The notes under the pieces were generated by a model, which saw nothing but the letters and a program-made list of their open reading frames with translations, ran no database searches and was not told the DNA's origin. Positions 17,493 to 26,970 of a stretch of DNA of 60,342 bases are shown here, piece after piece. How positions within the stretch are numbered: position 1 is the stretch's first letter; every line of letters begins with the position of its first letter. Source of the stretch: Aestuariivirga sp. (GTDB taxonomy: Bacteria > Pseudomonadota > Alphaproteobacteria > Rhizobiales > Aestuariivirgaceae); NCBI GenBank assembly GCA_046160365.1, contig JBJXGL010000207.1:1-60342 (forward strand), read 5' to 3'. A program made the translations under genes and the position numbers.

Positions 17493-18755
17493 CTACCTCC
17501 CCCCACGCGCCGGAGGCATGGCAGGGCGCAATGCTGCCACGGCAATCCCCGCCGAGAGAAGGAGCGGAACATACCAGAAGCGCGCGTAGATGTGCGGAAC
17601 CGCGTTGATGGTCAGCGCGAAAACCAGGAATGTGGTAAGCGCGCAAAGGCCGGCGTCCTTGTTCTTTCCGACCCAGTTGGCCGCGCCCGCGAGGCAGAAA
17701 CCGGTCAGTAGAATCAAAAGCAATCCGGCGAGACCGATCAGGCCGCCTTCCGACCAGATCAGAAGGTAAGAGTTATGGACGACCTGGTTCAGGTGGCTTT
17801 GGAGGCGATACTGGTCCGCGCCAATTCCCAGAAGCGCCGTCCGCTGCGCGACGTCGAGGGACTCGTAAATCAAAGCCAGGCGCTCGGTGGCCGTTCCGGC
17901 TTGGCTGATGTCGCCCGACTCGAGCGCCGGCAGCACGCGCTTCTGGAACACCGCCGGCAGCACGTCCTTGCCCCGGCTAATCACGATGAACGCCGCGCCC
18001 GCGAGTCCAATTGTCCCGAAGGTTAGCGACCGCAACGAAATCTTGGCGGCGAAGTAGATGTAGCAGGCGCCCAGCAGGGCGAGCAGCCCGGTATTGGAGC
18101 CCGTGAGAAGGACGCCGTAAAACATCGCCGCCACAGACACCGCGGCCGCGACGAGGGACAGATGGCCTTGGGACCGCAACCAGAACAGCAATGGAAACGT
18201 CAACGCGATGAGACTGGCGCATTCGTTTTCGCGCTCGACGAAGGACTGCATCCGGCGGCTACCGCTGACAAAGCGCGTGTTGGTTTGGCCATCGTATTCG
18301 ATCAGATAAATGCCGAATATGCACATCAGGAAGATTGACAGCAGGAAAATCTTGGCGAGCGACACCGTCTGCGGGATGGGCCGCCCCGCGATGATGAGGG
18401 GGAGCACGACAAGGCTGTAGAAATACTGCAGCGCGACGATCATTCCCCGGTTCGGGTCGCCGAAGACAGCGCTGCTGGTCAGCAAGCCGCCAAAAACGAA
18501 CATCGCGCCCGCCATCCACATCGGCGTGTACGAACCCAGCGGGCGAAGCGGCACCGCGCGCCGGACGAACATCACCGCCAGGCAAAGCAGCGCGAAGACA
18601 TCGCTCAGAGTGACAAACACGACAGGATGCCGGAGAAAGTTCATCGGCGACAGGAAAACGGCGACCGCGGCCAGCGCGAACTCCAGCCTTTCGAGCTGGC
18701 TGGTGCTCACCTGCCGCGCCGGCATAGATGGGGCCGCCTGAAAATCCCAGGTCAC
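17493..18755 (-). CDS. Wzy polymerase / O-antigen ligase family protein
   Basis: Polytopic membrane protein with LLTGS, LGIG and VHNSYLLIWSEGGLIG motifs. Confidence 0.85.
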   Translation of the reverse strand: MTWDFQAAPSMPARQVSTSQLERLEFALAAVAVFLSPMNFLRHPVVFVTLSDVFALLCLAVMFVRRAVPLRPLGSYTPMWMAGAMFVFGGLLTSSAVFGDPNRGMIVALQYFYSLVVLPLIIAGRPIPQTVSLAKIFLLSIFLMCIFGIYLIEYDGQTNTRFVSGSRRMQSFVERENECASLIALTFPLLFWLRSQGHLSLVAAAVSVAAMFYGVLLTGSNTGLLALLGACYIYFAAKISLRSLTFGTIGLAGAAFIVISRGKDVLPAVFQKRVLPALESGDISQAGTATERLALIYESLDVAQRTALLGIGADQYRLQSHLNQVVHNSYLLIWSEGGLIGLAGLLLILLTGFCLAGAANWVGKNKDAGLCALTTFLVFALTINAVPHIYARFWYVPLLLSAGIAVAALRPAMPPARGGR

Positions 18756-19173
18756 CTAGGAACGCTCCTCAAGAAAACGGCTGGTTGCCCGCGCCGAATG
18801 TTCACCGGCAGGGGAAGTTCGAAGCACCGCAGGCAGGCAATTTCCGCGCCAATGTCCAAGCCCTTCCCGACTGACTCGGCGCCGGATTGGACGTCCGGAG
18901 CCGCGCACCGCAAGGGCATGGATTTGCCCAACATCCGGTTCCCGTTTCCACAACGCGAGTTGCAATCTCCGAACTTGAACCAGTATCAAAGAATCGATTT
19001 GCACCAAAGTCAAATAAATGGTTCGGGTTCAGCCAAAGGGAGCTAAGAAGCGTTCGGTATCCTTAACGGCTCGCGAGAGTTCCGATGCGGCGCTAACCGC
19101 GCCGCGTCATTGCCGTTGACAAAGCCGGTGGCCTCCGACATGCCTTGCCGTCAAAATTTGGAGCAAATTCAGT

Positions 19174-20523
19174 TTGAAACGCTGGTGGGCGTCGATCAAG
19201 GCCGACACAATTCTGCGGCGGATCATCAGAAACATGGCCTACTTGTTGTCGGCCAACCTGCTGGTGTCGTTGATCGGGCTTCTTACCGTCGCCATCACGG
19301 CGCGCGCGCTGGGGCCGCTTGGCTTGGGCATCCTGGCGTTGGCCGAAGCCTATGTCCGGCTCGTCGATCAACTGGTCCGGCTGGAACCCTGGCAGGCCGT
19401 CATCCGCTACGGCGCCATCAAACTCGAACAGGGCAAGGACCTGGAATTCCGCCGCCTGGTGAAGCTTTCGACGATGTTCGACTTGTGTGGCGCCGCTCTG
19501 GCGGCGCTGGTGGCGATCGCCTTTTGCCGGCTCACCGCATCGTGGCTGGGCTACAGCGAAGACCAGGCCAAACTCACGGCATTTTACGCGATCTCACTGT
19601 TCTTCGCCGTGTCCTCGACCCCAACCGGCCTGATGCGCGTGTTCGACCGTTTCGACATTCTGGCAAAGATGTCGGTGGCCTTGGCGTTGATCAGGCTCGG
19701 CCTCTCGGTGCTGGCCTGGCAATTGTCCGGCGACGCATGGACATTCATAACCATTCTTTTCGTCTACACGCTGGCCGAACAGCTGATTCCGCTGGCCCTG
19801 GCGTGGCGCGAATTGCGCAGGCGCGGCCACGTCGGGATCTGGACAACGCCGCTGGCGGGCGTTCTGTCCGAAAATCCGAACATCCTCCGTTTCATCGTGA
19901 ACGCCAACATCAACGCTCTGGCGAGGCTCAGCACCCAACGCCTCGACACGTTGATTGTGGGCGCAGTGCTCGGCAATTCGGCGGCAGGCTTCTACCACCT
20001 GGCCCGGCGCATCGGCCTTGCCGCCGTCAAATTCGGGCGCCCGCTGCAGCAGGCGATTTTCCCCGACATCGCCAAGATCTGGGCGCAGGGGGACAGGCCG
20101 CGATTCCGGCGCCTTGTATTCCGGGCCAACGGATTGTTGACGCTCGCCTCTCTCCTCGGCGCCGCCGCCGCCTACCCGTTGGTCGATTGGATCGTGGCCT
20201 ACGGGTTCGGGGCAGCTTTCCTTCCGAGTGTGCCTCTCATAAAAATGCAATTTTTAGCTGTAGTTTTGTTTTTGGCCAGCAATACATTGGGGCCTGCCTT
20301 GATGACCATCGGCGCCGACCGGGCAATGGTGTGGATCTCCCTGGTCGCGACGATCGCGTTCTTCGCGACGATTTTCCCGTTCATGGCGTGCTTCGGCGCG
20401 GCGGGAGCGATCTTGAGCCAGGCACTCTTCTCGCTGATTGTGCTAGCTGGAACCTGGAGCTTCCTGCTGTGGCTGACCCGCCCACCGGCGGGGCCAGCAT
20501 CGCCGGCTTCGCGGGACAAATGA
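19174..20523 (+). CDS. Wzx-type oligosaccharide flippase
   Basis: Polytopic; ARALGPLGLG, LDTLIVGAVLG..AAGFY motifs; TTG start. Confidence 0.88.
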   Translation: MKRWWASIKADTILRRIIRNMAYLLSANLLVSLIGLLTVAITARALGPLGLGILALAEAYVRLVDQLVRLEPWQAVIRYGAIKLEQGKDLEFRRLVKLSTMFDLCGAALAALVAIAFCRLTASWLGYSEDQAKLTAFYAISLFFAVSSTPTGLMRVFDRFDILAKMSVALALIRLGLSVLAWQLSGDAWTFITILFVYTLAEQLIPLALAWRELRRRGHVGIWTTPLAGVLSENPNILRFIVNANINALARLSTQRLDTLIVGAVLGNSAAGFYHLARRIGLAAVKFGRPLQQAIFPDIAKIWAQGDRPRFRRLVFRANGLLTLASLLGAAAAYPLVDWIVAYGFGAAFLPSVPLIKMQFLAVVLFLASNTLGPALMTIGADRAMVWISLVATIAFFATIFPFMACFGAAGAILSQALFSLIVLAGTWSFLLWLTRPPAGPASPASRDK

Positions 20524-20626
20524 TCAAGCTTTGCAGCTCGGGATTTGCATGGCAATTGCCTGCAGAAAGCGGGTTGTGCGGCGGAGACGATCCATTCAAA
20601 TACGCTCGAACCCAAGAAGAAGCGAC

Positions 20627-21298
20627 GTGAATCCGGACGTGGTAGAAGTTAAGGGAGCGGACAGTCGGCTCGCGTCGGTTTTTCCCCTGCGGCGGGCTAT
20701 TGAGCAGGCCATCGCCGCCCTGTTCCTGGCGGTCTTCGCCATTCCCATCGGCCTCACCGCGCTCGCCGCATGGCTCAGCTGCGGGCGGCCGCTGCTGTTC
20801 CGGCAGGCGCGGGCCGGCCTTAACATGCAACAATTCACCATAGCCAAATTTCGCACCATGCACGACACCCGCGACGCCCTCGGCAATTTGCTGCCGGATC
20901 ACTTGCGGGAAACGAAAGCGTCGCGTTTCATGCGCCGCATCCGCGTCGACGAGTTTCCCCAGCTTGTGTCCGTAGCGCGCGGCGAAATGTCGTTCTTCGG
21001 TCCGCGCCCGCTGCTGCCGGCGACCATACTGGCCATGGGCGAGCTTGGCCGCGCGCGCTGCCGCATTCTTCCCGGACTGTCCGGTTGGGCTCAGGTGAAC
21101 GGCAACACGCGTCTCGACGACAAACAGAAACTGGCCCTCGACGTGTGGTACGTCGACCACAAGAACCTTCGACTTGACCTGTACATTCTCATGCAGACCG
21201 TTGTGACGCTGCTTCGCGGCGAACGGGTTAACGTGCAGCGCATCCGGGAGGCGGAAGACTACGTCGGGCAGCACTACGGCGCGAGGGCGCAGTCTTGA
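20627..21298 (+). CDS. Priming phosphoglycosyltransferase (PglC-like bacterial sugar transferase)
   Basis: FRQARAG, KFRTM, RVDEFPQL, GPRP, PGLSGWAQVNG motifs; start trimmed to GTG at 20627. Confidence 0.93.
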   Translation: MNPDVVEVKGADSRLASVFPLRRAIEQAIAALFLAVFAIPIGLTALAAWLSCGRPLLFRQARAGLNMQQFTIAKFRTMHDTRDALGNLLPDHLRETKASRFMRRIRVDEFPQLVSVARGEMSFFGPRPLLPATILAMGELGRARCRILPGLSGWAQVNGNTRLDDKQKLALDVWYVDHKNLRLDLYILMQTVVTLLRGERVNVQRIREAEDYVGQHYGARAQS

Positions 21299-22209
21299 AA
21301 ACGGTATTCGCCGGCGCGGTGGAGGGCTCGCGGATCGCGCTCGATGCGCTGATCGGCGCCGGCCTGGCGCCTGCGCTGGTTGTGACGCTGCCGCCCAGCG
21401 CCGCCGGCCGTCATTCGGATTTCAGCGATTTGACGTCCGTCGCCGAGGCCGCCGGAATCGAGGTTCATCATACCCAGACCATCAACGGCGCCGCAACCAT
21501 CGCGGCCCTGCGCGCGCTCGAACCGGATCTCGCCATGGTGATCGGCTGGTCGCAGATCTGCAAACAGGAGTTCCGCAGTGTGGCGAAGCTTGGCTGCATC
21601 GGTTTTCATCCCGCGCCGCTGCCGCGATTGCGGGGCCGGGCCGTGATCCCCTGGACCATACTTCTTGGCGAGACGGAGAGCGCCTCGACCCTGTTCTGGC
21701 TGGACGAAGGCACGGATTCGGGGCCCATTCTGCTGCAACGGCGTTTTGAGCTTTCGCCGGAAGAGTCGGCGCGAGGCCTCTACGACAAACATACCGCCAA
21801 CCTCGCCGCCATGTTACCGGAAGCGGTGGGGCTGGTGGCCCGTGGCGCGCCGCCGCGGGTTGGACAGGATCATTCCAAGGCAACCTATTGCGCCAAGCGC
21901 ACGCCCGAGGACGGCCTGATCGACTGGCGCGAGCCGGCGGCGGCGATCCTTCGCTTCATCCGTGCCGTTGGCGAGCCCTATCCCGGCGCTTTTGCGTTCC
22001 ACAATGAGGATAAGATTGTCATCGACAAGGCGCGGTTGTTTTCTGGCTCCCACCAATACATTGGTCTCACCGGCCAGGTGCAAAACCATACGGCGGAAGG
22101 CTTCACCGTACGCTGCGGAGATGGCAATATGATTGAAGTTCAGTCTTGGCGGACGCCCCGTGGCGGCAAGCCGGGGGTGCACAGCAGGCTGACGGGAGCG
22201 TGTCGATGA
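21295..22209 (+). CDS. Formyltransferase family protein (probable sugar N-formyltransferase)
   Basis: GFHPAPLPRLRG, DEGTDSGPI, PYPGAF motifs of the Fmt/ArnA fold; embedded in a sugar operon. Confidence 0.85.
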   Translation: MKTVFAGAVEGSRIALDALIGAGLAPALVVTLPPSAAGRHSDFSDLTSVAEAAGIEVHHTQTINGAATIAALRALEPDLAMVIGWSQICKQEFRSVAKLGCIGFHPAPLPRLRGRAVIPWTILLGETESASTLFWLDEGTDSGPILLQRRFELSPEESARGLYDKHTANLAAMLPEAVGLVARGAPPRVGQDHSKATYCAKRTPEDGLIDWREPAAAILRFIRAVGEPYPGAFAFHNEDKIVIDKARLFSGSHQYIGLTGQVQNHTAEGFTVRCGDGNMIEVQSWRTPRGGKPGVHSRLTGACR

Positions 22210-22892
22210 TCTCAAGCATAGAAGCATTCGGCCGCACGCTTGTCATCGCCCCGCATCCCGACGACGACGTTCTGGGGGCCGGCGGCACGATGGCGAAAAT
22301 CGCCCGATCGGGACAGGACGTCCATGTTGTCGTCGTCACCACCGGCAAACCGCCGGCCTACAGCGCCGAGTCGGTTGCCCGCGTCCGGGCGGAAGCAGCG
22401 GAGGCCCACGGGATCCTCGGCGTCAAGACCACAAGCTGGCTTGACTTGCCGGCCGCCCAGCTTCCGGAAGTCGCCAACGCGCAACTGAACGGCACCATCC
22501 GCGACGCCGTGACGAGGATTTCGCCGCGGACCATTTTCGCGCCTTTTCCCGGCGACATTCATATCGATCACCAGTTGGTGTTCCTGTCGACCCTGGTGGC
22601 TTCACGGCCGCATCAGGCGGAGTTTCCGGCGACGCTTCTCGCCTACGAGACGCTGTCGGAAACCAACTGGAACGCTCCCTACATCACGCCACCCTTCGTG
22701 CCCAACGTGTTCCTGGATATCGAGGCGACGCTCGATAAGAAGCTTGCCGCCATGCGGGCATTTTCATCCCAGCTCCGCGCGGCGCCGCACGAGCGCTCGC
22801 TTGAGGCGTTGCAGGCCTTGGCCACTCTCAGGGGCGCGACCGTGCACCGCGCCGCGGCCGAGGCATTCGTTCTGGTGCGGCATGCCGGCTGA
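22206..22892 (+). CDS. PIG-L/LmbE family deacetylase
   Basis: APHPDDDVLG and DIHIDHQ motifs. Confidence 0.92.
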   Translation: MISSIEAFGRTLVIAPHPDDDVLGAGGTMAKIARSGQDVHVVVVTTGKPPAYSAESVARVRAEAAEAHGILGVKTTSWLDLPAAQLPEVANAQLNGTIRDAVTRISPRTIFAPFPGDIHIDHQLVFLSTLVASRPHQAEFPATLLAYETLSETNWNAPYITPPFVPNVFLDIEATLDKKLAAMRAFSSQLRAAPHERSLEALQALATLRGATVHRAAAEAFVLVRHAG

Positions 22893-22952
22893 CACAGCAA
22901 CACCGCGGACCCGCGACGAAAGCGCCAGAATCCGGTTTGTGGAAAATTGCCG

Positions 22953-24113
22953 ATGACCAGATGGCCCGTATACGATGACGAACAGATCGCGGACGTAACT
23001 GCGGTCTTGAAATCCGGAATGGTCAATGCCTGGACCGGACCGCATGTCCTCGAGTTCGAACAGGCCTACGCCAAAAGCCTTGGCTGCGAACATGCGATCG
23101 CTCTGGCGAACGGAACGCTGGCGCTTGATCTTGCGCTCTATGCGATCGGCCTCGAACCGGGCGACGAGGTGATCGTGACGCCGCGAAGCTTCGTGGCGTC
23201 GGCATCCTGCGTGGCGATGGCCGGAGGCGTTCCGGTTTTCGCCGATGTCGATTTGGACAGCCAGAACATCACCGCCGAAACAATACGGCCCGCGATAACG
23301 CCGCGCACCAAGGCAATCATCCCCGTTCACCTCGCGGGCTGGCCGTGCGACATGGACCCGATCAACGAACTCGCCCGCGAACACGGCATCCGCGTCATCG
23401 AAGATTGCGCCCAAGCGCATGGCGCGATGTACCATGGCAGGCCGGTTGGGATGCTGGGCGACTTGGCGGCGTTTTCGTTTTGCCAGGACAAGATCATCAC
23501 CACCGGCGGGGAAGGCGGGTTGCTGGTCCTCGCCGACAGAGAGCTGTGGAAGAAAGCCTGGAGCCGGAAGGATCACGGCAAATCGTACGACACGGTTTTC
23601 AGCGCGGCGCATCCGCCCGGATTCCGGTGGCTGCACGAAGGCTTTGGCAGCAATTGGCGGATGACCGCGCTGCAGGCCGTGCTGGGAACCAAGCAGCTCC
23701 AGCGCCTGCCGCTCTGGCATGCCCAGCGCACCGCCAAGGCCGAAACCATGCTTGCCGCTTGCAAGGCAATCCCGGCATTGCGGACGCCGGCGCCAGCCGG
23801 CGGCATTACCCACGCCTGGTACCGGTTCTATACTTTCGTGCGGCCCGAAATGCTCAAACCCACATGGGACCGGGACCGGATCATGCGCGCGCTCGCCGTG
23901 CTCGGCGTCACCTGTTTTTCGGGGAGCTGCCCCGAAATCTATCGCGAGAAGGCATTCGTCGACGCCGGCTTCGGGCCCGCGCAACGCCTGCCAGCCGCCT
24001 CCGCACTCGGCCAGACGAGCCTCGCCTTCCTGGTCGATCCGAGCGAGGAAGACGCAACGATCGAGACGAATTGCGCAGCAATAGCCAAGGTCATGGCGGA
24101 GGCAAGCGCCTAG
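22953..24113 (+). CDS. DegT/DnrJ/EryC1/StrS sugar aminotransferase (PglE-like)
   Basis: NGTLAL, IEDCAQAHGA, FSFCQDKIITTGGEGG with the PLP lysine present. Confidence 0.94.
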   Translation: MTRWPVYDDEQIADVTAVLKSGMVNAWTGPHVLEFEQAYAKSLGCEHAIALANGTLALDLALYAIGLEPGDEVIVTPRSFVASASCVAMAGGVPVFADVDLDSQNITAETIRPAITPRTKAIIPVHLAGWPCDMDPINELAREHGIRVIEDCAQAHGAMYHGRPVGMLGDLAAFSFCQDKIITTGGEGGLLVLADRELWKKAWSRKDHGKSYDTVFSAAHPPGFRWLHEGFGSNWRMTALQAVLGTKQLQRLPLWHAQRTAKAETMLAACKAIPALRTPAPAGGITHAWYRFYTFVRPEMLKPTWDRDRIMRALAVLGVTCFSGSCPEIYREKAFVDAGFGPAQRLPAASALGQTSLAFLVDPSEEDATIETNCAAIAKVMAEASA

Positions 24114-24129
24114 GCGCCAGGATTTGCCC

Positions 24130-25104
24130 ATGACGGACAAAAAATTGCGCGTTCTGTTCACCTCGGCGGGCCGCCGCGTAGAGTTGCTCCAGTGTTTCCG
24201 GCGCGCGGCGGTCGAACTCGGACTGCAGCTGGACGTGCTGGCTTGCGATCTGAATACGTCCTTAAGCGCGGCCTGCAGCGTGGCCGACATGGCGTTCGAC
24301 GTTCCACGCTGCACCGATCCGGGGTATGCCGGCGCGGTGCTCGACATCGCCCGCGCGAATGGCGTCCGGTTGGTCATTCCGACAATCGATCCGGAGCTCA
24401 TGCCCCTGGCCTTGGCTGCCGATTCCTTCGCGGCGGAGGGTGCGCGCGTTCATGTCAGCCCGCCGGACGTCATCGCAGTTGCCCAGGACAAGCTGAAGAC
24501 GGCTCGCGTCCTGTCGGCGGCGGACGTTCCCGTGCCCGTGGCGTTCGAACTTGAGGACGCGCGCCGGAACCCGCGGGACATGGCATGGCCGTTGTTCATG
24601 AAACCCAAGGCGGGTAGCGCCAGCCGCGGGCTCAAGGTCATCAAGTCCGCCGAGGAGCTTCCCAGCGAGGTTGCCGAACCCATGCTGCTTCAGGAGTTGC
24701 TGGAAGGGCCGGAGTACACCGTCAACATGATGGTCGCCCAGTCGGGAGATCTCACCGGCGCCATCATGCACCGTAGGCTTCAGGTCCGCGCCGGGGAGGT
24801 CGAAAAAGGCCGCACCGAACGGCGCGCCGACTTGCGACGGCTCGCCGAGAAGATCGCTGGCGCGTTGCCCGGCGCCCGCGGCGTGTTGTGCTTTCAGTCC
24901 ATCGATGACCGGCGCGGAGGTCCGAAGGTGTTCGAGATCAACGCGCGTTTTGGCGGCGGTTATCCGCTCGCCGACCATGCCGGCGCGCGCTATGCGAAAT
25001 GGCTTCTGGAAGAGACCGCCGGCATCCCTTCCACCGCCGATGACAATTGGCATGAAAACGTCACGATGCTCCGGTACGATGCCGCGGTGTTCAAGGGACA
25101 CTAG
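24130..25104 (+). CDS. ATP-grasp domain protein
   Basis: TSAGRR, IPTIDPEL, KPKAGSAS, FEINARFGGG motifs. Confidence 0.9.
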   Translation: MTDKKLRVLFTSAGRRVELLQCFRRAAVELGLQLDVLACDLNTSLSAACSVADMAFDVPRCTDPGYAGAVLDIARANGVRLVIPTIDPELMPLALAADSFAAEGARVHVSPPDVIAVAQDKLKTARVLSAADVPVPVAFELEDARRNPRDMAWPLFMKPKAGSASRGLKVIKSAEELPSEVAEPMLLQELLEGPEYTVNMMVAQSGDLTGAIMHRRLQVRAGEVEKGRTERRADLRRLAEKIAGALPGARGVLCFQSIDDRRGGPKVFEINARFGGGYPLADHAGARYAKWLLEETAGIPSTADDNWHENVTMLRYDAAVFKGH

Positions 25105-25108
25105 GGCC

Positions 25109-25807
25109 ATGTGGAATGAAACTCCACGCGCCTTGGTTTTTGATCTTGATGATACGCTCTATCTGGAACGCGACTTCGCCGAAAGTGGCTTCAAGGCGGC
25201 GGGCGACTGGCTACGGAGCGAAACAGGCGTGGACGGCCTCCATGCGATTTGCACCAGGCTGTTTGCTCAGGGCAATCGAGCAAATATTTTTGACGACGCA
25301 CTGCGCGAACTCGCACCGCAAAAACCGCACGCGCTGGTTGAGCGTCTGGTCGATGTCTACCGGCATCATTTGCCGGAGATCGCACTTGCCGACGATGCGA
25401 AGCGCTGCCTTGAGCGACACATTGGGCGCATTTCCCTGGGTCTCATCACCGATGGCCTGGCGGAAACGCAATGGGCCAAGATCAGAAGCTTGAACATTGA
25501 GCCGTTTTTTGATTGCATCGTTTGCACTGGCGATTGGGGGCGCAAGTACTGGAAGCCGCATCCGCGGAGTTATGAGTTCATGGAGCAGCGGTTTATGGCG
25601 GAGGGACGTGACATGATCTATGTTGCCGACAATCCCGCAAAGGATTTTGTGACGGCGAAAGCCCGTGGCTGGCGCACCGTGCAGCTGGCGCGTCCGGGGC
25701 GAATCCACACGATGTCCGCGGCGGAACAAAGTCACAATGCCCACGAAACGATCAAATCTCTCGACGACTTCGAAGCATTTAAGTCTATAACGGTGCGGGA
25801 CCACTGA
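25109..25807 (+). CDS. HAD-family hydrolase
   Basis: FDLDDTLY, ITDG, KPHP, YVADNPAKDF motifs. Confidence 0.92.
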   Translation: MWNETPRALVFDLDDTLYLERDFAESGFKAAGDWLRSETGVDGLHAICTRLFAQGNRANIFDDALRELAPQKPHALVERLVDVYRHHLPEIALADDAKRCLERHIGRISLGLITDGLAETQWAKIRSLNIEPFFDCIVCTGDWGRKYWKPHPRSYEFMEQRFMAEGRDMIYVADNPAKDFVTAKARGWRTVQLARPGRIHTMSAAEQSHNAHETIKSLDDFEAFKSITVRDH

Positions 25808-25843
25808 GATGTTGTTGCAGGCTAGAGCATCAAACTAAGCAGA

Positions 25844-26944
25844 ATGCGCATTGTATTTGTTCAAGCGGGTCTGACCGCCGGCGGCGCAGAAAAGGTCGTG
25901 AACGTCCTCGCCCGGCACAACGCGGGCCTGGGAAACGAGGTCTTCGTGATCGCCTTCAGCGGCAGTCCCGGCCAATCCTACTTTGCCTATCCCGATAGCG
26001 TTCGAATCATCACCATGGAGGGCGAGCCGGAGCGGACGCACGGCAGGCTGCGCAGCGCCTTCGCCCGCACGGCTTGGCTGGCGCGGCAGTTTCGAGCGCT
26101 GAAGCCCGACGTCGCCGTGTCGTTCTTGACCAAGACGAACGTAATGTCGATGGCCGCGGGCCTCGTGACCGGCGTTCCGGTCGTCATATCGGAGCGCAAC
26201 AATCCGACGAAGCGAGCGGCCTCGCCCCTATGGCTGCGCGCCATCAACGTTTTCGGCCGGCAGGCAACGGCGATCGTGATGCAGACGGACGCTTCGCAAC
26301 AAATACTGGCGTCGGCCCTGCGCAAGAAGGCGGTGGTGATTCCAAATCCGGCCGTGCTGCCGGAGGGCGTGACATTTTCATCTGGAGACGGGCAGCGCAT
26401 CGTCGCCGTCGGTCGGCTCGAACCGCAAAAAGGCTTCGACCTCCTGATCCGCGCCTTCGCGCAAGTCGGCAAAGACCTGTCAAAGGCCAGCCTGACGATT
26501 TTCGGCGAAGGTCCGGACCTTGCAGATCTGCAAGCGCTCGCGCAGGAGCTTGACATCGCCGACCGCTTGAATTTCGCCGGACTGTCCGCCACACCCGGAA
26601 TGTGGCTCGCCGAGGGCGACATATTCGTTCTCAGCTCGCGTTTCGAAGGTTTTCCCAACGTGCTTGTCGAGGCGCTCGCGGGTGGCCTCGCGTCAATCGC
26701 CTTCGATTGCCCCTGGGGACCGTCGGACATCATCATGAGCGGCGAAAACGGCCTTCTCGTGCCGCAGGAGAACGTCCCGGCTCTCGCCCAGGCCATTCGC
26801 AAACTGTTGACCGATCCGGATCTGCGCCTGAAGCTTGCCAAGGCCGGTCCGCCGACCGCAACGCGGTTTTCGCTGGACAGCGTGCTTGCCAAATGGGACT
26901 TCGTCATTAAGAAAGCGACGGCGGGCCGCGGCGCCCTGGCCTGA
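25844..26944 (+). CDS. GT4 glycosyltransferase (AmsD/PglH-like)
   Basis: GGAEKV, SERN, GRLEPQKGFD, SSRFEGFPNVLVEA motifs. Confidence 0.94.
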   Translation: MRIVFVQAGLTAGGAEKVVNVLARHNAGLGNEVFVIAFSGSPGQSYFAYPDSVRIITMEGEPERTHGRLRSAFARTAWLARQFRALKPDVAVSFLTKTNVMSMAAGLVTGVPVVISERNNPTKRAASPLWLRAINVFGRQATAIVMQTDASQQILASALRKKAVVIPNPAVLPEGVTFSSGDGQRIVAVGRLEPQKGFDLLIRAFAQVGKDLSKASLTIFGEGPDLADLQALAQELDIADRLNFAGLSATPGMWLAEGDIFVLSSRFEGFPNVLVEALAGGLASIAFDCPWGPSDIIMSGENGLLVPQENVPALAQAIRKLLTDPDLRLKLAKAGPPTATRFSLDSVLAKWDFVIKKATAGRGALA

Positions 26945-26970
26945 CAGACGGCGCGACCGGTCCGGCTTGC

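Noticed and set aside
19110-20630. 506-aa Arg/Gly-rich ORF
   Set aside because: Alternative frame of the wzx flippase gene
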